Positions 26,430 to 33,697 of a stretch of 34,794 bases of DNA are shown here, one piece after another; position 1 is the first letter of the stretch; each line of letters begins with the position of its first letter. The notes under the pieces are model-generated. The model saw nothing but the letters and a program-made list of their open reading frames with translations. It was not told the origin of the DNA and did no database searches. Made by a program: the position numbers and the translations under genes. Source of the stretch: a virus (taxonomy: Duplodnaviria > Caudoviricetes); the IMG/VR virus record IMGVR_UViG_3300011339_000093, positions 1-34,794 of that record; one strand, given 5' to 3'.

Positions 26430-26951
26430 TCATTTGGTATTCATATCTGTCAAAGTGTCTACCGATACGATGCTGCGCTTGCGCAGGGCATCGAGCGCCA
26501 TGCTTCCAAGGTCGATGTTGACCAGGGGCTGCTGCTTGTCTCCGTACTCATCTGGCGCTTGCTTAGAGGCCAGCCAGCGCCTTGTGTCCACTCTCAGCTT
26601 GGCCACTTGCGCGTCTTGAGGCGTGGCAGCGTCTGCAATTTCAATGGTTTCCTCTGCTAAACTTCGGCCACCACGCGCCCGCGCACGCGCAAGGGCGGAA
26701 GCCCTCGCCTCGCCTCCTCTGTCGATCCAGTCATAAAAGCCTGTATGACTCACACCCAACGACCGAGCCAAGCTGAGAATGGTTTCTCCTTGTGAGAGTC
26801 TGTCTAGCATGGCAATTTCGCCACCGGCAGCGTGAATCTTCTTGTTGACATCGGTGGCCTCTTTGCGTGCAAGAGCTGCTTGTTCTTTGAGTCCCATCTG
26901 TCTGGCGGCAATGTTGTCTGCCAGCTCACTCATGGTTTGTGCTTTGGCCAT
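26430..26951 (-). CDS. terS: Terminase small subunit (Sf6 gp1-like)
   Basis: HTH (LARSLGVSHTGFYDW), ARAR..LAEETIEIAD, AKLRVDTRRWLASK..P..YGDK. Confidence 0.85.
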   Translation of the reverse strand: MAKAQTMSELADNIAARQMGLKEQAALARKEATDVNKKIHAAGGEIAMLDRLSQGETILSLARSLGVSHTGFYDWIDRGGEARASALARARARGGRSLAEETIEIADAATPQDAQVAKLRVDTRRWLASKQAPDEYGDKQQPLVNIDLGSMALDALRKRSIVSVDTLTDMNTK

Positions 26952-27312
26952 TCAAGTATTCCTCAATTGTTTTGATTGCATCGGCTGCTGATCTGGCGAC
27001 CACTGACCGATATCCTTTTGCGTTTAACTGCAAACCTACTACGCTTTGCTTGGCTGAGACCACACCGGCCTTGGTCTTCATCTCCACAAATAACGCATGA
27101 AACCCGTTTTTAGGCTCTAAGACGCATAAATCCGGCATCCCTGCTAAAACCCCTTCAGAATGCAATCTGACGCGCTCTAAAGGGCTTCTATCGCCTCCGT
27201 TGGGTATTGCTGCAATGATGATGTCTGGATAAAACGCTCTGAAGTGCTGGACCACTTTGACTTGGTCAATGTGTTCAATGCTTTTTCTTTTGCGCTTTAA
27301 GTCAACCACCAT
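26926..27312 (-). CDS. VRR-NUC domain nuclease (resolvase-like)
   Basis: EHIDQ, AIPNGG, GVLAGMPDL, FVEMKTKAG..S..Q; start at ATG 27312. Confidence 0.85.
   Translation of the reverse strand: MVVDLKRKRKSIEHIDQVKVVQHFRAFYPDIIIAAIPNGGDRSPLERVRLHSEGVLAGMPDLCVLEPKNGFHALFVEMKTKAGVVSAKQSVVGLQLNAKGYRSVVARSAADAIKTIEEYLNGQSTNHE
27290..27305. promoter_or_regulatory. Operator-like motif copy 2 (TTGCGCTTTAAGTCAA)
   Basis: 15/16 identical to copy 1; lies in the first codons of the VRR-NUC gene. Confidence 0.5.
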
Positions 27313-27641
27313 GCTTCGGATTCTACTGCCGAGGCTTTGGTCTGGAACAAATGGCATCGGTGTTTGATGTCGGTCGGGAATGCAGCCAGTCCCGTTTGGC
27401 TGCACTGGTGTTCGGTCCATGTGATGGTTGCCCATCCATTCCTAATCTTTGCCTGGTCAAACATCCACTGAAGTGGTTTTGCGTTGACCTTTCTGTGCCT
27501 TTCCATCTGCTCGGCTGGCATGGACTGTCGCTGCTCCACTTCTACCGCCTTACTGCACTGATGGCAGAAAACGCGCTCATCTTCCACGAATTTCTCTAAT
27601 TGTGGATAACCTGTGGATAACTGCTCAACTTGTTGGACCAT
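27297..27641 (-). CDS. Hypothetical Cys/His protein
   Basis: GGAGAG RBS; CHQC...C...HRC; 5' end overlaps two DnaA boxes. Confidence 0.65.
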   Translation of the reverse strand: MVQQVEQLSTGYPQLEKFVEDERVFCHQCSKAVEVEQRQSMPAEQMERHRKVNAKPLQWMFDQAKIRNGWATITWTEHQCSQTGLAAFPTDIKHRCHLFQTKASAVESEAWWLT

Positions 27642-27849
27642 CGTTTCTCTCCAAAAACAGTAAAAAGTAAACCGGTATGGACAAAGGAAATCTACCGCTT
27701 TACCGCTTTACTTTTCACCATCCCAAAACTGACCAGATTGGCCTGTGGATAAGTGGGTCTAAAGACCCCCACTTATACCAACAGACCTGCCTTTATCTAA
27801 ACCGGTATACCGGTTTACTACCGGTTTACTACCGGTTTACCGGTTTACT
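27601..27849. other. Putative replication origin: three perfect DnaA boxes, a hairpin and ACCGGT repeats
   Basis: TGTGGATAA at 27601, 27612 and 27744; imperfect inverted repeat at about 27749-27776; repeats at 27801-27849; immediately downstream of the primase-helicase. Confidence 0.6.
27801..27849. repeat. Iteron-like tandem repeats of ACCGGT(TTACT), five copies
   Basis: ACCGGTAT ACCGGTTTACT ACCGGTTTACT ACCGGTTT ACCGGTTTACT. Confidence 0.85.
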
Positions 27850-30004
27850 TTATTTGAACCCATCCAGAGCTTGACTGGTCCAATGCAAAGCGCTGGAAAA
27901 TGGCGCTGCTGACAGCCCGTCTTGCATAGCTTTGGTCAGATGCTGGCACGGCCTGATAGATATCAGCCCACTCCAGCTGATGCATTGTTGCCATCTCCTT
28001 TGGCACTGATGGCCGCCCTGACCCTCTGCGCATGATGACCGCGCCTTTGGCGTTGATGATGGACTGGACAAAGTTGCAGGCCGCATCACACGCATCTTGT
28101 ATTTGTTGCTGTCTTTTATCGTTCTGCCGGTCGTTGGCTGCCTGCCTTCGGTCTTCTTCCGAGGACATGGCTGGAACGACAAGCAGCACCATCTGCTCTT
28201 GGATATCCCCATCTTCATCAAGGACAGTGTCAGCAAAGACATCTGATTGAAACTTGATTTCTCTGAAGTTGGGCTGGTAGCGGGTTTTGACCAGGCGCAT
28301 ATAACGGGTCTTGGTCTCGTCTTCAAACAGAACACCGGTCAATGTGGCATCACCGGTGAATGCGCTTGCTCCACGGGCTGTGGCATCTGAGTCTGACTTG
28401 CTGATGGTCTTGTTGGTGTGTGTGATGATGCAGACTGGCGTGTCCAGTTGGATGTAGATGGTCTGCTTTAAGGCTGCAATATATGCACCAACTTCGGAGT
28501 TGTCATTCTCATTGTCAATATCCATTGTGGCATTGGCGGTGTCTAGAACCAATAATGGTCTTACATTATCAATCGTGTGATTTATTACATTATGCGCAAG
28601 CATGAGTAAATCCTTCACATTAGATCGCTTGGCATCGATTATCACAAACCAATCTGATAATGATTGAGCATTTATGCCGTAATGTCTTGAGTATCCAGTT
28701 AATGTCCTTTCAACCTGGTCCGAGTCTTCAGTGACAATAATTGTTTTGCGTTTTTTGGTGGCAGTGAGTTCACAGTCCTTGGCCTGCAAGCCTGCCATGA
28801 CCATGCACAGACTGATGACCGCAGTGGTCTTGCCAATGCCAGGCTGACCGGCCAGCACCATGAAACTGTGCGCCCAGAAACCTTTGACCATGTAACGGAT
28901 GGGTTTGATCTGGCCAATGGTCAATGTGCGCTCTGGCCAGCCTTTGGCCTGTTCTGCCTCTTCCACGGCCACTGGTGCATCCCCTTTGGCCTGACTGATC
29001 ACTGCTGCAAAGTCTTCAACGGCTGACTTGCGCTCAGTCTGTTTGGTGGGCGCTTCCCACCCGCAATCTTTGGCGTACTTAAATAGAGTGCCAAGACCCA
29101 CTCCCTTGCCCTGGTGAAAACTCTTCCAGTGGACTTCAATGTCTTTTGTACCGGCAAACTTCTGGCCAGCCATGGACCATGTCATCCATGGGCCAAGTCC
29201 TTGCTCCCCAAACTCTGTATGCAGCGCTTGGCCCAGCTCAATCCACTGCTCATAGTCGCAATCTGGGGAAATGTGGTGCAAAGCCTTGATGGCGCGATCA
29301 AGGTCGCTGTCATCCAGTCTTGAGCCTAATTGGGTGAAGTCAAATGATTGTGAGGGTGATGCTGATGGCTTTGGCTCTTGGAGCTGGTGCTGCTCGATGA
29401 TGCCCCAGTCTTGGAGCAAGGCATAAAGGTCCACGGCCTCTTGGAATTCACCGACCACGGCATTGCCAGAAAGTAGCACCGACTTTCCAGCACTGTTTGG
29501 CAGGCCAAATACTTCAAGCTCTTGGCCGCCACCCAGTTTGTACTTGGGCAAGACTTGGTCAGCTTCTTTGGGTGGTGAGACCCATAAGAAGACATGACGG
29601 CCACGGCCTGAGACAGAGACCTCGGTCAGCATCTTGTTTTGTTTGACGTACTTGGCCATGCGCTGGATGGCCACATTGGTGGGTCCTGATGCGTGCTTCA
29701 TATCGACATCAAGACAAACCAGATAGTTTCCTGATGCGGAAATGATGGGGCGCTGCTGCACTAGGCCAATGTACTGGCCATGAGGGCATGACTCCATGGC
29801 CCAGATGTCTTCAGCGTTGTATAGGTCTGTCGGGTCAGTATCCCGTGCAACACCTTGGCCAGATCGCTTGTAGGGGATTTTCTTACTGCCCTGTAGGGCA
29901 AAGGTGCAGAAGACTGCATCAGGCGCGACAGTGCCTATTTTGCAGGCGACAGACTGCGACTGACTGAATGTATCTGGCAGGGGTGTTTCAGTTATAGTGG
30001 GCAC
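27845..30004 (-). CDS. Primase-polymerase / PriCT-2 / RepA-like AAA helicase fusion
   Basis: CLDVD and SVSGRGRH (AEP), DYEQWIELGQAL..W.SF (PriCT-2), GQPGIGKT, LVLDT, HTNK, RGAS. Likely start GTG 30004 with AAAGGA 6 nt upstream. Confidence 0.85.
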   Translation of the reverse strand: MPTITETPLPDTFSQSQSVACKIGTVAPDAVFCTFALQGSKKIPYKRSGQGVARDTDPTDLYNAEDIWAMESCPHGQYIGLVQQRPIISASGNYLVCLDVDMKHASGPTNVAIQRMAKYVKQNKMLTEVSVSGRGRHVFLWVSPPKEADQVLPKYKLGGGQELEVFGLPNSAGKSVLLSGNAVVGEFQEAVDLYALLQDWGIIEQHQLQEPKPSASPSQSFDFTQLGSRLDDSDLDRAIKALHHISPDCDYEQWIELGQALHTEFGEQGLGPWMTWSMAGQKFAGTKDIEVHWKSFHQGKGVGLGTLFKYAKDCGWEAPTKQTERKSAVEDFAAVISQAKGDAPVAVEEAEQAKGWPERTLTIGQIKPIRYMVKGFWAHSFMVLAGQPGIGKTTAVISLCMVMAGLQAKDCELTATKKRKTIIVTEDSDQVERTLTGYSRHYGINAQSLSDWFVIIDAKRSNVKDLLMLAHNVINHTIDNVRPLLVLDTANATMDIDNENDNSEVGAYIAALKQTIYIQLDTPVCIITHTNKTISKSDSDATARGASAFTGDATLTGVLFEDETKTRYMRLVKTRYQPNFREIKFQSDVFADTVLDEDGDIQEQMVLLVVPAMSSEEDRRQAANDRQNDKRQQQIQDACDAACNFVQSIINAKGAVIMRRGSGRPSVPKEMATMHQLEWADIYQAVPASDQSYARRAVSSAIFQRFALDQSSSGWVQIK

Positions 30005-30098
30005 TGAAATTCCTTTAGTTAGGGGTTTCATTTGGATAGTTGCCATGAGATTGACTTTTGACCTGGTAGTGTTTACGCACTATCAGGTCTTTTCTTTT
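30005..30098 (+). ncRNA. Putative antisense (counter-transcribed) RNA against the primase translation start
   Basis: -10 TATAGT at 29993; hairpin 30005-30030 and terminator 30060-30098, both with G-U pairs that form only on the + strand. Confidence 0.55.
30060..30098 (+). terminator. Rho-independent terminator oriented opposite to the surrounding genes
   Basis: GACCTGGTAGTG-TTTACG-CACTATCAGGTC-TTTTCTTTT. Confidence 0.75.
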
Positions 30099-30113
30099 GG
30101 CAGGGATTGAATT

Positions 30114-31121
30114 CTATTCCTTGGCTTTCACAAGACTTGGTGCAGCGACCTTCTCACCGACAAGGTCTTCGCTCACTTCGACACCAAGTTTCAAGACAGC
30201 ACTGGGGCTTTTGAGTTCCCACACCTTCAAGTTGTCTTTGAATGCTTCCATGACCAGCGCCTCATCTTTCCAAAATTTGGTCTTGCGGCCTGCCCGCATG
30301 GCCCAGCCAGTGATGGCTTTGCCTTCAATGATCTGAGCCTTGGCAGCGGCCTGCACGGCATCGGCCCATGCGGCCACCAGAGCAGCGTTGTCTAGCATCT
30401 CAGGGGTGACAGTCGTATCAGGCTTGAAATCGTTTCTGGCAGCGATCTGGACCTTCTCACGCATACTGGGGCAGATGGTCTTGGCCTTGCAATACCGGCA
30501 GGCATCTGGACTTGGGTTTGTTGGGGCATCTGAAGTCAGCGCCAACTCGGCAGCTTCTTTCAAGCGCCTTCCATGCAGCTCAAGTCGATTGCCAGACACT
30601 GTCCACTGACTGTGGCCAACTCGGGGCTGGTAGATGTGCATGGTGCAAATGATGCGCTCTGGCGCTTTGAGCTGGCGCATCGCACCAAGGGCATAGGTCA
30701 GCAGCTGCTTGTTGTCTTCGGCCTCTACGGCCACCCTGCCGGTCTTCAGATCAATGACATGAAGATGATCACCATCGACCAGGACTGCATCAGCAGTGCC
30801 ACCCAGTGCTGGGTGCAGGGACTTGAGACCTTCGTCTAGGTTGACTTCGATGAGCTTCTTGCGCGGATTCTGGACCAGAGTGTTGACAAAATCTGCATAG
30901 CCTTGGGCCATTGCAATGTGGTCAGGATCAGTTCCGGCTGGTATCTCACCATTGCGCAGAATGATCTCAGACAGTTCATGGATCGCTGTGCCAATGGCAG
31001 CGGCTTCACCGGCTGCCTCGTAAGGCATGAGGGATTCAAGCCGGTATGAGCCTGGGCAAGACATGAAGCGATCTGTTCTGGATGCTGAGAGTCGGGCGTG
31101 TTTTCGGGTTTCATGTTGCAT
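30114..31121 (-). CDS. PD-(D/E)XK Cas4-like exonuclease (DUF2800-like)
   Basis: HARLSAS..CPGS, GTAIH, GGTADA, IDLKTG, QLLTYALG, CRYC...CP. Confidence 0.85.
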   Translation of the reverse strand: MQHETRKHARLSASRTDRFMSCPGSYRLESLMPYEAAGEAAAIGTAIHELSEIILRNGEIPAGTDPDHIAMAQGYADFVNTLVQNPRKKLIEVNLDEGLKSLHPALGGTADAVLVDGDHLHVIDLKTGRVAVEAEDNKQLLTYALGAMRQLKAPERIICTMHIYQPRVGHSQWTVSGNRLELHGRRLKEAAELALTSDAPTNPSPDACRYCKAKTICPSMREKVQIAARNDFKPDTTVTPEMLDNAALVAAWADAVQAAAKAQIIEGKAITGWAMRAGRKTKFWKDEALVMEAFKDNLKVWELKSPSAVLKLGVEVSEDLVGEKVAAPSLVKAKE

Positions 31122-31134
31122 GGTTTCTCCTGGG

Positions 31135-32361
31135 TTAAATGATTTGGTTGACGATATTCAGTTTCTTCAAGACCTTAGCCAAGACTGTATGGTCCAAGCT
31201 GGCCTTGATGGTCAATATGTAAATGACGGGGGGAATGCCTGATTTGTTGATATTTTCAACACGGCTTGAGGCTTGCTCTAAGGCGCTTGTAGACCAAGTG
31301 CATTCGACAAAGACAATGGTGTCGGCAGCCGATAAGTCCACACCTTCAGACATACTTTGGATATTCCCGATGATGCACTTGGTCTGGCCAGACTGAAAGT
31401 CGGCAATGGCCTTGTCGCGCTTGGCCCTTGATGTATCACCCACCACGATCACGGGCTTGTGGACAAATAGCAGCTTCTCCAGCTCGGCCACCACATCCTT
31501 GTGGTGCGCAAAGACCACCACTGGCTCGTTGGATTGCAAGAGGTCATCGATGAATTCACTGGCGGCCTTGACCTTGCGCATACCGGCCTCGCGCATGATC
31601 TCGGCCAGACCCTCAAAGGCGAGCAAGGCATTGGGGTTTGCCACCAAGGCATCGGCATCAAAACTTTGCTCGCGTTTGTCGTTGGGTAGGTCAAACGTGA
31701 TCAGGCTGACTTGTGGCTCTTTGTAGTCTTTGAAAATGTCTTCTTTTTTGCGTCTCAGGACATGGGGCAGCATGAGCGCCTTGAGTTCAACCAGGTTAGA
31801 AGCCCCACTTGTGTCCAAGCCCCATGGCGCGTTCCACATCTTGGCGTAGCGCACTGCAAAGTCAAACCAGCCACCTCTGTAGATGCCAAGGCCGTGCAGT
31901 ATTGGCCACAGTTCAATGGGCCGATTTGGAATTGGCGTGCCACTGAGCGCATAGACACACTCAATCTTCTTCATGGCCAGCATGGCGGCCTTGGTCCTTT
32001 GGGCTTTTGGATTCTTAATCCTGTGGCACTCGTCTAGCACTAGCGTGTTATATCTGTCCACATTCGTTTGTGCATATTGCAAAACGTCATAGTTAATGAT
32101 GGTCACATCAACTGAATTTACCTCTGACGCGCCCTTCTTTCCATTGACCACATGGACTGAGACGTTGGGCGCGAGCTTACTGAAAGCCGCCTCCCAGACT
32201 GTCTTGGCAATGGCGGGACAAACTATCAAGGCCGGTAGGTTTTCAAGTGCAGCAGCTGCTGTGGGTAGCGTCTTACCAACACGGGGCTGGTCGGCCAGTA
32301 TGGCCCTGCGCCTGGACAGCAAGAAGAGCTTGGCCTCTTGCTGATGGGGGAATAGTTGCAT
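31135..32361 (-). CDS. SNF2-family helicase
   Basis: LADQPRVGKT, LDECH, LSGTPIPN, EGVDL, QASSR. Confidence 0.9.
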   Translation of the reverse strand: MQLFPHQQEAKLFLLSRRRAILADQPRVGKTLPTAAAALENLPALIVCPAIAKTVWEAAFSKLAPNVSVHVVNGKKGASEVNSVDVTIINYDVLQYAQTNVDRYNTLVLDECHRIKNPKAQRTKAAMLAMKKIECVYALSGTPIPNRPIELWPILHGLGIYRGGWFDFAVRYAKMWNAPWGLDTSGASNLVELKALMLPHVLRRKKEDIFKDYKEPQVSLITFDLPNDKREQSFDADALVANPNALLAFEGLAEIMREAGMRKVKAASEFIDDLLQSNEPVVVFAHHKDVVAELEKLLFVHKPVIVVGDTSRAKRDKAIADFQSGQTKCIIGNIQSMSEGVDLSAADTIVFVECTWSTSALEQASSRVENINKSGIPPVIYILTIKASLDHTVLAKVLKKLNIVNQII

Positions 32362-32398
32362 TTCGCTGTTTCCGTTTCTGTCGTTTTAACTTGCAGGC

Positions 32399-32428
32399 AT
32401 CTTAACTGAGATTTGTGCTAAAGTGCAA
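32399..32428. promoter_or_regulatory. Overlapping divergent promoters (helicase/SSB) containing operator-like copy 3
   Basis: Minus strand TTGCAC-18-TAAGAT; plus strand extended -10 TGcTAAAGT; motif TTGTGCTAAAGTGCAA at 32413-32428. Confidence 0.5.
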
Positions 32429-32480
32429 TTTCTGTTTAATCGCAGAAACGTAAAAACCTCAAACCTTAAAAGGATCAAAA

Positions 32481-33050
32481 ATGTCTACTCGCGTTGTAAC
32501 CGGTAAAGTTCGCTTCTCTTATTTCTCAGCACTGACTGCTCGCAAGAATGAGATGAACGGCAAAGAAGAGTTCTCAACTCAGGTGCTTGTCCCAAAGACA
32601 GACACCGAGACTGTGAACCAATTGAAAGCGGCAGCCAAGGCCGCATTGACCGCCAAGTTTGGGGACAAGATTCCCAAAACTGTTCGCAATCCCTTGCGTG
32701 ATGGCGACACTGAAATGAAATCCGATGGCTCACCTCTTGGCCCAGAGTACGCTGGCCATTATTTCTTTAACACCAAAAGCACCAACAAGCCTGGTGCAGT
32801 GGATGCCCATGGCCACGACATCATTGGCAGTGCTGACATAGTCTCTGGTGATTTTGGCCGTGTCAGTCTGAATGCCTATGCCTATGACCAGGCAGGGAAT
32901 AAGGGTGTGTCGTATGGTTTGAACAACATCATGCTCTTGGCCAAGGGTGACTCGCTTGGTGGTGCAAAACCATCAGCGGCCAGTGACTTTGGCGTGGTGG
33001 CAGGCAGTAGCCCTGCGCCAGCTGCTGCTTCAGTCGCAGTGGACTGGTAA
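32481..33050 (+). CDS. ssb: Single-stranded DNA-binding protein (DUF2815, T7 gp2.5-like)
   Basis: VRFSY, PLRDGD, GNKGVSYGLNNI, C-terminal DW; AAGGA RBS. Confidence 0.85.
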   Translation: MSTRVVTGKVRFSYFSALTARKNEMNGKEEFSTQVLVPKTDTETVNQLKAAAKAALTAKFGDKIPKTVRNPLRDGDTEMKSDGSPLGPEYAGHYFFNTKSTNKPGAVDAHGHDIIGSADIVSGDFGRVSLNAYAYDQAGNKGVSYGLNNIMLLAKGDSLGGAKPSAASDFGVVAGSSPAPAAASVAVDW

Positions 33051-33230
33051 TTGGTCGATCAGTTTTTCAAGCGCCAAGTGCAATTGATTGACTGATGTCC
33101 AGAGTGGCTCAACAGTCCCAGACAGCCACCGGCTCACCTGGGACTGCTGAATGCCAGCCTCATTGCACACGGCAGCCATGGTGATCTTGTGGGCCTTGGC
33201 ATTTGCCTTGATATCGTGAATTGATTGCAT
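33030..33230 (-). CDS. Small XRE/Cro-like HTH regulator
   Basis: MAAVCNEAGIQQSQVSRWLSGTVEP. Confidence 0.85.
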   Translation of the reverse strand: MQSIHDIKANAKAHKITMAAVCNEAGIQQSQVSRWLSGTVEPLWTSVNQLHLALEKLIDQLPVHCD

Positions 33231-33236
33231 CAGCGC

Positions 33237-33310
33237 ATTCTAATTGCGCTTTATGTATAAAAACAACACATAAAAATAATTGTTTGCACATATTTCTTTT
33301 AGGGCATAAT
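33237..33310. promoter_or_regulatory. Divergent control region with operator-like copy 4 (TTGCGCTTTATGTATA, 33244-33259)
   Basis: Leftward -10 TAGAAT (33242-33237); rightward TTTGCA-16-CATAAT (33283-33310); AT-rich. Confidence 0.55.
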
Positions 33311-33363
33311 TCGTTACACCAGCACAAATTTAACTGGGTAACGAAATAAACGAAAGAAACAAA

Positions 33364-33564
33364 ATGTCACGTCAAATGCATTTAAACAAAGGCGGTATTG
33401 GTTTTGCATCAAAAACCGCTTGTGGCCGCAATATGTTGCGCACTCCTATGAGTACCAATTGGGAAAACTTCAAGATGGAACCGCCTGCTTATCGCTGCAT
33501 CAAATGTGTTTCAAGCAAACAATTTGAATTCAACACAAAAATGGATTCCCGCAAAACTGCATAA
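33364..33564 (+). CDS. Small early protein with H..C..CxxC pattern
   Basis: 66 aa; MH...TACGR...CIKC; first gene after the rightward promoter. Confidence 0.65.
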   Translation: MSRQMHLNKGGIGFASKTACGRNMLRTPMSTNWENFKMEPPAYRCIKCVSSKQFEFNTKMDSRKTA

Positions 33565-33570
33565 ACCCAC

Positions 33571-33584
33571 GGGGCTTCGGCCCC
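33571..33584 (+). other. cUUCGg tetraloop hairpin without U-tract
   Basis: GGGGC-TTCG-GCCCC in an intergenic gap. Confidence 0.7.
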
Positions 33585-33601
33585 ATTAACGAAAGAAACC
33601 G

Positions 33602-33697
33602 ATGAAACCGCAAACCGAAACCCTCTTGGATTATTTGACCGCCATTGCCATTGGCGTTGGCATGGCTGCACTCTTGGTGGCATGGTGGTCAGCATGA
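33602..33697 (+). CDS. 31-aa single-TM peptide
   Basis: Manual read: MKPQTETLLDYLTAIAIGVGMAALLVAWWSA; ATGA overlap with the next gene. Confidence 0.65.
   Translation: MKPQTETLLDYLTAIAIGVGMAALLVAWWSA

Noticed and set aside
27801-27849. ACCGGT repeats as a CRISPR array
   Set aside because: Units are 8-11 bp and contiguous, with no unique spacers or cas operon.
27677-27874. 65-aa plus-strand ORF across the origin-like region
   Set aside because: Its translation simply reflects the DNA repeats (YRFT, TGLL); better explained as non-coding.
30114-31121. Cas4-like nuclease as evidence of CRISPR-Cas
   Set aside because: Standalone DUF2800-type nucleases are ordinary phage replication/recombination genes; no array or other cas genes.
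33571-33590. UUCG hairpin as an intrinsic terminator
   Set aside because: No U-tract on either strand; kept only as a structural element.
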